A stretch of 64,000 nt of DNA from Acidimicrobiia bacterium (GTDB lineage Bacteria > Actinomycetota > Acidimicrobiia > Spongiisociales > UBA11373), in NCBI GenBank assembly GCA_040878325.1, contig JBBDMM010000010.1:62001-126000 (forward strand), read 5' to 3'. Each line of letters begins with the position of its first letter. The first letter of the stretch is position 1. The notes beneath the pieces were generated by a model. That model was not told the origin of the DNA and searched no databases. It saw nothing but the letters and a program-made list of their open reading frames with translations. Below, piece after piece: positions 9,192 through 17,023 of the stretch. Made by a program: the position numbers and the translations under genes.

Positions 9192-9452
9192 ACCGGGGGG
9201 CTGCAGGAGCACGGACCGAACCTCGGTCGGCCGATTGTCGACCGGATCGAGGGTTCGAGAATTCACAACCTGAAGGAGCTGAGGGTCAAATCAGATGGCG
9301 AACTGCGGATCCTCCTCGTATTCGACCCCTGGCGGACCGCCGTGCTCTTGCTCGGCGGGGATAAGACGGGCCAGTGGAAGGAGTGGTACCCCGCAGCCAT
9401 CTCGCAGGCCGAACAGCTTTACGCCGATTACCTGGAGGGATTGAGCCGATGA
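9192..9452 (+). pseudogene. 5'-truncated HigB/Gp49-like RelE-family toxin
   Basis: LQEHGPNLGRPIVDRIEGSRIHNLKELRV...RILLVFDPWRTAVLLLGGDKTGQWKEWY; no in-frame start; ATGA overlap with the antitoxin. Confidence 0.85.
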
Positions 9453-9760
9453 AGACGTGGGACGAGCTGACCAGTGACCGTCGTGCCGCTACCGGCTATC
9501 GGGAGCGGGTCGACGCCGAGAAGCGCAAGGCGCTCGGCGAGCTGCATGAGTTCAACCTCGCCGAGCTGCGGCGCATCCTCGAGTTCACCCAGGAGGAGCT
9601 CGCCGGGCGTATGGGGTCCGATCAGTCGCGGATCTCGCGAGTCGAGAACGAGGCCGACATGCGACTGTCCACCCTCCGGGCCTATGTCGAGGCCCTCGGC
9701 GGACAGATCAGGATCCTCGCCGAGATCCCCGGCCAGGAGGCATTCCCGCTCTCGGTGTGA
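9449..9760 (+). CDS. HigA-like XRE HTH antitoxin
   Basis: LAELRR...TQEELAGRMG.DQSRISRVEN..DMRLSTLRAYVEALGG. Confidence 0.9.
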   Translation: MKTWDELTSDRRAATGYRERVDAEKRKALGELHEFNLAELRRILEFTQEELAGRMGSDQSRISRVENEADMRLSTLRAYVEALGGQIRILAEIPGQEAFPLSV

Positions 9761-9864
9761 TGCCCTGACCTATCGCGATTTCCAGGCCGCTGCCGACCAG
9801 GCGACGGTGCGGGTGGCGAGGCGGGTCGTGACGCTGATCTTGGGACAAGCAACTCGAGGCGCGG

Positions 9865-11172
9865 ATGATGGCCGACCAACTACGCGCCGAGTCGGTACCG
9901 TGGCTGTCAACAGCGTCGGGAGGCTTTACGGTGCGACCTGACACCCAGGAGTTCGAAGACCAGCCGGACGAGACCCGTCCGCAGCCGGCCGAACTGAAGG
10001 GGACGCCGATCCATGACACGCTGCGTCGGATCGTCGTCTGGTTCCGGCTGCTCGCTCTGGTGTGGATGTCGGCATTGGTCCTTGCCACGCTGCTCACCGA
10101 CTCGGGAGCCTCCAAGCCGTGGGTGATCGCCGCCGAGGCGGCCGCGGTCGCAATCACCATCGGCGCCTTCGTCCTCTCCCGGCTGCGGCGACTCGACGCC
10201 TGGTGGTGGGTGCTGATCGATGGGGCCGCCACCGTGTTCATCATCATCGCTCCCGGCCTGGCGGATGCGGGCAACTACTTCTACGGGGGGATGGGGCTGT
10301 CGTGGCTGCTGATCGTCGTGTGGGCGTATCCGACCCTGCTGGCGGGGGCGGTGTCGATCGTCACCCTGGTGGCGGCCCAGATGGTGGGCGGCGCCGTGGG
10401 GATTCGTGAGATCGCGGCTACCGATCTCGTCGGGGACATCGCGGTATGGATCGTCTCGGGCATCGTCTACGGATGGGCTCTGTGGGCCCTTCGCAACACC
10501 GATGTCGGCCGCGAGCGGGCCGAGGCCAAGATGATCGAGGCCAACGCCCGCACCGAGCGCCTGCTACTCAACATCCTCCCCGCGCCGATCGCCGAGCAAC
10601 TGAAGGCGGGGGTGTCGCCGATCGCCGATCGTCTCGACCGGGTCACCATTCTGTTCGCCGACGTCGTCGAGTCGACGCCGCTGGCGGAGGCGCTCGATCC
10701 CGACGATTTCGTCAACCTGCTCGATCGGGTCTTCACCCACTTCGACGAGCTGGTGGATCGCCACGGGCTGGAGAAGATCGGGTCGATCGGCGATGGCTAC
10801 ATGGCGGTGGCCGGCGCGCCGCTTCCCCGGCCCGACCATGCCCAGGTGGCAGCAGACCTGGCGCTGGCGATGCTCGGCTCGCTCGAATCGTTCAGCGAGA
10901 ACGGCGGGCGGCCGGTGCGGATGCGCTTCGGGCTCCACACCGGGCCGGTCGTCGCCGGCGTCATCGGCCGGAGGAAGTTTCGCTACGACCTCTTCGGCGA
11001 CGCCGTCAACACCGCGAGTCGGATGGAGTCACACGGCGTCGCCGACCGGATCCAGGCGAGCACCGCCACCCGCCAGGCACTCGGCGACTCCTACCGCTTC
11101 GAACTTCGGGGGACGATCGAGGTCAAGGGCAAGGGCGAGATGGAGACCTTCTTCCTCCTTGGCCGTGCGTGA
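9865..11172 (+). CDS. Multi-pass membrane class III adenylate/guanylate cyclase
   Basis: About 5-6 TM helices, ERLLLNILP helix, LFADVVEST, IGDGYM, YDLFGDAVNTASRMES, VKGKGEM. Confidence 0.92.
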   Translation: MMADQLRAESVPWLSTASGGFTVRPDTQEFEDQPDETRPQPAELKGTPIHDTLRRIVVWFRLLALVWMSALVLATLLTDSGASKPWVIAAEAAAVAITIGAFVLSRLRRLDAWWWVLIDGAATVFIIIAPGLADAGNYFYGGMGLSWLLIVVWAYPTLLAGAVSIVTLVAAQMVGGAVGIREIAATDLVGDIAVWIVSGIVYGWALWALRNTDVGRERAEAKMIEANARTERLLLNILPAPIAEQLKAGVSPIADRLDRVTILFADVVESTPLAEALDPDDFVNLLDRVFTHFDELVDRHGLEKIGSIGDGYMAVAGAPLPRPDHAQVAADLALAMLGSLESFSENGGRPVRMRFGLHTGPVVAGVIGRRKFRYDLFGDAVNTASRMESHGVADRIQASTATRQALGDSYRFELRGTIEVKGKGEMETFFLLGRA

Positions 11173-11297
11173 TTGTCGGGGTCTTCTCGGATGAAGCCGA
11201 GTCAGCCGCCAGCCCGCAGAACTACACGTGTCCGGCTGGCCGGTAGAGGCGACCAACCCTCACGGCACCCCCGGATGCCCATCACTATCTTGTCTTT

Positions 11298-14144
11298 GTG
11301 CCCCTGCCCGGCGGCGTCGTCACCTTCGTCTTCTCCGACATCGAGGGGAGCACGCGGCTGTGGGAGTCCGAGCCCGAGGCGATGCGCCAGTCGCTCGCCC
11401 GCCACGACGACCTCGTCTCGGCGATGGTCGAGGAGGCCGGCGGCGCCATCTTCAAGCACACCGGGGACGGCTTCGGGGCCGCTTTCGCCTCGGTGTCGGC
11501 GGCGCTCGAGTCTGCCGCCCGGGTCGCTGCGGCCGTCGCCGAGGAGGCCTGGCCCGGGCCGTCGCTGAGCGTTCGCCTCGGGGTGCACACCGGAGAGGCC
11601 GAGCCCCGCGGCGGTGACTACTTCGGGCCTACGGTCACCCGGGCGGCCCGGGTCACCGACGCGGCCAATGGCGGCCAGATCCTGGTGGCGGAGTCGTCCC
11701 ACCAGCTGGTGAGAGGCGTCGCCCCCAACGGGACCGCCTTCGTCCACGCCGGAGAGCATCGCCTCAAGGATCTCGGCGAGCCGATCGGCCTGTACCGCCT
11801 GGTCGGGCCGGGCGCCGGCGACGAGCGGCAGTTGCGGACCCTCGAGCAGGCCCCGCACAATTTTCCGGTCCAGCTGAGCTCCTTCATTGGCCGGGAGGCG
11901 GAGATCAAGGAGCTCGCCGACCTGGTCCGGACCTCCCGGCTGGTCACCCTGACCGGCATCGGCGGCGTCGGCAAGACTCGCCTGTCGCTCCAGGTGGCCG
12001 CCGAGATACTGTCCGACTTCGACCACGGCGCCTGGTTCGTCGAGCTGGCGCCCCTGGCCGAGCCGGGGCTCCTCCCCGACACCGTCGCCGAGGAGCTCGG
12101 GGTCCCGCAGGACAGCACCCTGACCGCCGAGACCCGGACCCTGCGCTACTTGGCCAAGCGCAGTGCCTTGCTCGTGATCGACAACTGTGAGCACCTCATC
12201 GACGACGTGGCCGGCTTCGTCGACCGCCTGCTCCGGTCGTGCCCGGACGTGCACGTCCTGGCCACCAGCCGCGAGGGGCTCGCCGTCACCGGCGAAGTGC
12301 TGTGGAAGGTGCCGTCGCTGCGCGTCGACGACGACGCCGCGGCGGTCGTGCTCTTCGCCGAGCGGGCCCGGTTGGTCCGCCCCGACTTCACCGTGACCGA
12401 CGACAACCGGGAGCTCGTCGCCAGGCTGTGCGTCCGCCTCGACGGGATCCCGCTCGCCATCGAGCTTGCCACGGCCCGCCTCCCGATACTGACGCTCGAG
12501 CAGATCGCCGAGCATCTCGCCGACCGCTTCCGCCTGCTCACCGGGGGGAGCCGCACCGCCGTCGAGCGGCAGCGCACCCTGCGGGCGATGATGGACTGGA
12601 GCTACGGCCTGCTCGGCGAGAAGGAGCAGACGCTGCTGCGCCGCCTGTCGGTGTTTTCCGACGGGTTCACCTTCGCCGCAGCCGAGGACGTGTGCTCGGA
12701 CGAGGCGGTCCCGCGGTTGGAGGTCCTCGACCTGCTCCAGCGGCTGGTGGAGGCGTCGATGGTCACCTTCGAGTCCGATCTCCGGCCCCGGTACCGGTTG
12801 CTGGAGACGGTGCGCCAATACTCGCTGGACAAGCTCCTGGAAGCCGGCGACTCCGACCGCGTGAGGCTTCGCCACGCCGAGTACTTCAAGACGACGGCGG
12901 GGACGCTCCGCGACCGGCTCGAACGCGGCGACGAGGCGGCGGCGATGGAGGACGGGCAAGCCGACCTGGGCAATTTCCGGTCCGCCATGATCTGGGCGGC
13001 AGAGGCGGGCCACGGCGAGACGCTACTCGGGTTGGCGGTCGGCCTCAGACCGTACTTCTGGAACCGGGTGATGTACCGGGAGTCGGTCCGATGGTTGACC
13101 ACCGCGATCGACATGACCGGCGACAACCCCTCGACGCCATTCCACGAGGCGGTGGCGTTCGCCCTCACCGACGCCGGGAACAGCGCCGACGCCGACACGA
13201 TCGAGAGGTACCGGCCGCTGGCGGAGCGGCTCTACGAATCGGCCGAGGACGACCTGTCCAAGGGATCACTGGCCAATGCGCTCGGCGCGTTGAGCATCGG
13301 CATTGATGCCCGTCGCGCCGACGAGCTGTTCCGGTCCGCCCATCAGACGCTGCGTCGCGCGGGGAGCCCCCGTTGGACCGGACCGCTGCAGAACCGCTTC
13401 ATCACCGCCTGGTTCTTGAACAGCCGGGAGTCCGAGGAGGAGGTCCTCGGATTGGTCGAGGAGGCGGTCGCCGAGGGCCTGGCGATCCACCAGGCCGTGG
13501 TCGAGACAACCTTTCTGGCCCTCGCCGAGGAGTATGAGGCCGTGATCGACAAGGTGGAGCGTGACCGCCCCAAGGACGACTGGGAGAAGGTGATGCTGCT
13601 CCTGTTCCAGGTGGTAGCCGAGCGGGCCCTGGGGCGTCTCGACGACGCTCTCGAGACCGTCGAGCGAGCCGCCACCATCCTCGGGCCCAACTCGCCGGGC
13701 ACCACCGAGTGGCACGAGAGCATGATCCTCATCCAGCAGGGCGACCTCGATGGAGCCATCGCCGCCTTCGACACGCCGTACAAACACGACTACGCGGATG
13801 CCTTCTCGCGATTGACCGCCTCGGCGTTCTGGGCGATGGTGTCCGAGCATCGCGGGGACCACGAGACCGCCGCTCTGCTTTGGGGCTTCAGGGACCGGGT
13901 CGCCGAGGCGTCCTCCCTCCACTTCCAGCGTTTCGAGGAGGAGTTCCAGGAGGAATCTCGCACACGGTCATCCGACGCCATGGGAGCAGAGCGCTTCGCC
14001 GAGCTGGTCGCTCGGGGCGGGGAGACGCCATGGGAAGACCTGCCGCTGGTGCGTGGGGAACGCGCCGCCAGGGGAGCCTCGGAGACTCGACGTCCGGAGC
14101 CTGGCGGCACCGCGGCCAGTCGCGACGGCCCCTTACCCTTCTGA
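11298..14144 (+). CDS. Class III cyclase + NB-ARC-like ATPase + helical repeats
   Basis: FSDIEGSTRLWE, KHTGDG, DYFGPTV; TGIGGVGKTRL, LVIDNCEHL, LDGIPLAIELA, RQRTLRA..DWSY. Confidence 0.92.
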   Translation: MPLPGGVVTFVFSDIEGSTRLWESEPEAMRQSLARHDDLVSAMVEEAGGAIFKHTGDGFGAAFASVSAALESAARVAAAVAEEAWPGPSLSVRLGVHTGEAEPRGGDYFGPTVTRAARVTDAANGGQILVAESSHQLVRGVAPNGTAFVHAGEHRLKDLGEPIGLYRLVGPGAGDERQLRTLEQAPHNFPVQLSSFIGREAEIKELADLVRTSRLVTLTGIGGVGKTRLSLQVAAEILSDFDHGAWFVELAPLAEPGLLPDTVAEELGVPQDSTLTAETRTLRYLAKRSALLVIDNCEHLIDDVAGFVDRLLRSCPDVHVLATSREGLAVTGEVLWKVPSLRVDDDAAAVVLFAERARLVRPDFTVTDDNRELVARLCVRLDGIPLAIELATARLPILTLEQIAEHLADRFRLLTGGSRTAVERQRTLRAMMDWSYGLLGEKEQTLLRRLSVFSDGFTFAAAEDVCSDEAVPRLEVLDLLQRLVEASMVTFESDLRPRYRLLETVRQYSLDKLLEAGDSDRVRLRHAEYFKTTAGTLRDRLERGDEAAAMEDGQADLGNFRSAMIWAAEAGHGETLLGLAVGLRPYFWNRVMYRESVRWLTTAIDMTGDNPSTPFHEAVAFALTDAGNSADADTIERYRPLAERLYESAEDDLSKGSLANALGALSIGIDARRADELFRSAHQTLRRAGSPRWTGPLQNRFITAWFLNSRESEEEVLGLVEEAVAEGLAIHQAVVETTFLALAEEYEAVIDKVERDRPKDDWEKVMLLLFQVVAERALGRLDDALETVERAATILGPNSPGTTEWHESMILIQQGDLDGAIAAFDTPYKHDYADAFSRLTASAFWAMVSEHRGDHETAALLWGFRDRVAEASSLHFQRFEEEFQEESRTRSSDAMGAERFAELVARGGETPWEDLPLVRGERAARGASETRRPEPGGTAASRDGPLPF

Positions 14145-14720
14145 GCACTCCTGCGCGGTGGACAGCGCCACGTTGGCGGCCATGATGAGCAGGAAGCCCT
14201 CGTCGACCGTGGCGACAGCCGCGGCGAGGGCGGCGTCGTCTCCCGCCCGGGCGGCGTCGGAGGCCGCGGCGTATCCCTCCTCATCCATCTCCATGGCCTG
14301 GAGCATCATGCCCACCGCCTCGTCGAATCCGGGAAGCGGTGTCCCGAGCGCCTCTATCTGGTCGGCCAGGCTCCCGATCGCGGCCGAGACCGTGAGCAAC
14401 GCATCCGCCGCTTCGTCTCCCTGCCTCCCCAATACGGCCGCGGCGTCAAACGTCTGGTAGAGCAGGCTCTGGGCGATGCCGCCCATGGCGTCGCCATAGG
14501 AATGGCAGTCCAGCGCAACGGTCGTGGTGGTCGGAGGCGTGGTCGTGGTGGTCGTGGTGGCGGGCAGGGTGGTCGTCGTCGGAGCCGTCGTCGGAGTCGT
14601 TGTCGAGGGTGCGGCGTCACCCCCGCACGCGGCGACCAGCAGGAGAACCACTGCGCCCGCAACCCGTGCGGTATATGCCACGACGCCTCCAAGTCTCGGT
14701 GTTGCCGTTTTCAGCAACAT
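14133..14720 (-). CDS. Lipoprotein with Thr-rich linker and helical domain
   Basis: Lipobox LVAAC, poly-Thr stalk; start codon uncertain. Confidence 0.7.
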   Translation of the reverse strand: MLLKTATPRLGGVVAYTARVAGAVVLLLVAACGGDAAPSTTTPTTAPTTTTLPATTTTTTTPPTTTTVALDCHSYGDAMGGIAQSLLYQTFDAAAVLGRQGDEAADALLTVSAAIGSLADQIEALGTPLPGFDEAVGMMLQAMEMDEEGYAAASDAARAGDDAALAAAVATVDEGFLLIMAANVALSTAQECSEG

Positions 14721-14822
14721 GGTATCGCGACGCGTTCTGGGCTTCTCATGACTTACCTCTTAGTGCGATGGGTGCGGCGAGCACCCGGTCGGAGATCTGG
14801 ATTGGGTCGCTGCCTCAGAGGT

Positions 14823-16046
14823 TCATGGCGTGGGATTGAGGGCTCCGCTTTGCTCCTGGATCGCCTTTACCGATCCGTCCGTTACGCGTAGCCAGACGCT
14901 GCACTGTTCTCCAGGGCACTGGATCGATCCATCATCGAGGGGCCAGTCGGCAAACGCTGCTCGGAGGTGATGGCCATCGCGATGCAGGTAGTCGACAACC
15001 GCCTGGGTCGAGATCGTCACGGTGAAAAGAAGGCGACTCGTGTTTCGCACGTACACGCCGTCCACCGCATTGAGCCCGTCGAAGGCGGCCTCCGCGACGG
15101 CGGGGGAACCCTCGTAGAAGCACGCCATGTCGAAGACCAATCGACTGGGGGCTTCGACGGCGTCGACCACGTATCCGAACCAGACACCATCCGGTAGGTA
15201 ATCGTCGACACCTGGCACACAACCCGATCCACCGGCAGGGTGGCCCGCACCGTTCGAGGGGAGTCGCTGCCCGGGGTCCGGTGCCGGAGCGTCCAGCAGA
15301 ATGGCCACCACCGTCGTGGTGGCTGGCATCGTCGTAGTCGGAGGAGTCGTGGTCGGGAAGAGCTTGCCCTCTTCCTTCGAGGTCGTGCTGGGCGGACTCT
15401 CGCGGCCGACATTGGCGACGACGATGGCGGCGGTCGCGGCGGCGATGGCGACCATCATCACCGTGGCGGCGATCCATATCCCGGTGCGACGGCGGACAGG
15501 CCAGCGCCGTCGCTGCTTGGGCCCGAACTCGACCGCGAATACCGTTTCGGATCGGGCCACGCCCTTGAGCTGCCGCTGGCCGCGGTCAACCAGTCTGATG
15601 CCCTCCTCGAGGTGATGGCGCAGCAGGTCGGCGGTCGTGTGGGATGCCAGCACCTCGCCGCTCTTCGCCGCCGACATGAGCCGCGAGGCCCGGTTGACCG
15701 GTGGTCCGAAGTAGTCGCCGCCGCGCTCGTCGGCGATCCCTGTGTCGAGTGCCATTCGGACGCGGAGCACTCCCAGGCCAGGCCAGACGCGCTCGAGTGA
15801 CTGTTGGATCTCGACTGCGGCGTCGGCTGCGCTCATCGGGTCGGAAAAGGCGGCGGCAAACGAATCACCGGCGGTGGAGAAGACGTAACCCCCGTGGCTC
15901 TCGATTGCGTGACGCACCGTCTCGTCGTGCCACGCGAGGGCCCCCTTCATCTCCTGCGGATTCCGCTCCCAGAGGCGGGTGCTCCCCTCGAGATCGGTCA
16001 GAAGGAAAGTGAGCGTGCCACTTGGGGGACTTGCGGATTTCTCCAC
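14823..16046 (-). CDS. Class III cyclase with single TM helix and extracytoplasmic Cys-containing domain
   Basis: LTDLEGSTRLWE, STAGDSF, DYFGPPVNRASR; basic stretch then TM helix, Thr linker, GSGC.PG...LPDGVWFGYV domain. Confidence 0.85.
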   Translation of the reverse strand: MEKSASPPSGTLTFLLTDLEGSTRLWERNPQEMKGALAWHDETVRHAIESHGGYVFSTAGDSFAAAFSDPMSAADAAVEIQQSLERVWPGLGVLRVRMALDTGIADERGGDYFGPPVNRASRLMSAAKSGEVLASHTTADLLRHHLEEGIRLVDRGQRQLKGVARSETVFAVEFGPKQRRRWPVRRRTGIWIAATVMMVAIAAATAAIVVANVGRESPPSTTSKEEGKLFPTTTPPTTTMPATTTVVAILLDAPAPDPGQRLPSNGAGHPAGGSGCVPGVDDYLPDGVWFGYVVDAVEAPSRLVFDMACFYEGSPAVAEAAFDGLNAVDGVYVRNTSRLLFTVTISTQAVVDYLHRDGHHLRAAFADWPLDDGSIQCPGEQCSVWLRVTDGSVKAIQEQSGALNPTP

Positions 16047-16108
16047 CGGTTGAAGAACCCTACACAAAGCGTTGCGCCGGTGCCCGGGTCAGGAGGGACG
16101 GCGATCGC

Positions 16109-16855
16109 CTAGTTCGGGAGGCCTCCGATCCTTCCCCGGTACGCCCCGATGTCGTGAAGGGAGAGGGCGGCGACCTCCTTGATCCTTCCCCAATGGGTCA
16201 ACCGGAAGGTGACGTCATCGAGGGCGACGCGCCAGGCGTTGGTCCCGAGGTGGGCGGCGCCGCCGCGGTCGAAGTAGACCCGTGACCCGACGTGGCGGTA
16301 GCCCTGGAGCAGCAGGGGCACCCGGGTGACCAGATCGACGTGATTGATCGCCCGGTAGGTTCGGTCCTCGAGCCTTTCCGCGAAGGCGCGGCTGAAGTCG
16401 CGGTGACCCACCCGGGGTTGCCCGTAGGTGTAGACGGCGGCGACCGGGTGGCCGGCCCGGTCGGCGCGGAAGGAGCCCAGGGTGGCGAGGGCGCCGCCGA
16501 GGCTGTGCCCGGTGAACACCACCGGCTTCCCGGACCCGGCTATCGCATCGAGGATCCCCTGCCACACCTCCTCGACGCCGGTGCCGAAACCGGAGTGGAT
16601 GCGGCCGAACTCGCTGGCTGTCGGCTTGAACTGGGCGTTGCGGCTCCAGTCGATCGGGTTCGCCTCGGTGCCACGGAATGCGACGTACAGGTGATCGGCA
16701 TCGGAGGCGGTGAACGCCTGGGTGGACTGCGCCGAGAACCACTGGAACCCGGTCAGGCCGAGGGACTCCGTGGCGGCCTGCGCTCCCAGGCGGTTGAGAT
16801 ATGCCGCCGCCGACAGCTCGACGGTGAGGGTGGCGAGTCTCCTGTCGAAAGGCAC
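16109..16855 (-). CDS. Lipase class 3 family protein
   Basis: VAFRGTE, IHSGF, TGHSLGGALA, YTYGQPRVG, N..D.VTRVP, C-terminal His. Confidence 0.92.
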   Translation of the reverse strand: MPFDRRLATLTVELSAAAYLNRLGAQAATESLGLTGFQWFSAQSTQAFTASDADHLYVAFRGTEANPIDWSRNAQFKPTASEFGRIHSGFGTGVEEVWQGILDAIAGSGKPVVFTGHSLGGALATLGSFRADRAGHPVAAVYTYGQPRVGHRDFSRAFAERLEDRTYRAINHVDLVTRVPLLLQGYRHVGSRVYFDRGGAAHLGTNAWRVALDDVTFRLTHWGRIKEVAALSLHDIGAYRGRIGGLPN

Positions 16856-16969
16856 CGGGCCTCCTCGGGGTGAAACTCCGCGACTCTACTCCGTGGAAGG
16901 TCCTGGGATGAGGTGGGTGGAAGCGGGTGTTGGATCTCCTCAAGGTGCAGATCGGGTCCGGTCCATTTC

Positions 16970-16991
16970 TGTCCGACGGCATCCGTAGCCT
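16970..16991 (+). promoter_or_regulatory. PafBC/RecA-NDp-like promoter TGTCCG-N10-TAGCCT for the RecQ-DprA operon
   Basis: Fits TGTCGG-N10-TAnnnT with one mismatch; followed by AGGAGG and TTG 17024. Confidence 0.6.
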
Positions 16992-17023
16992 GTTATTAGT
17001 TGCCATCCCCAGGAGGGCTGAAC

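Noticed and set aside
1..10000. Integron cassette array or prophage/IS origin of the TA cluster
   Set aside because: No attC-like repeated sites, integrase, transposase, terminal inverted repeats or phage genes detected by eye
11202..13013. 603-aa minus-strand ORF
   Set aside because: Antisense shadow of the cyclase-NB-ARC gene
4991..16855. Calling the cyclase cluster Pycsar or CBASS
   Set aside because: No cNMP-binding TM/TIR effector, CD-NTase or patatin is visible; the architectures match common actinobacterial signalling cyclases
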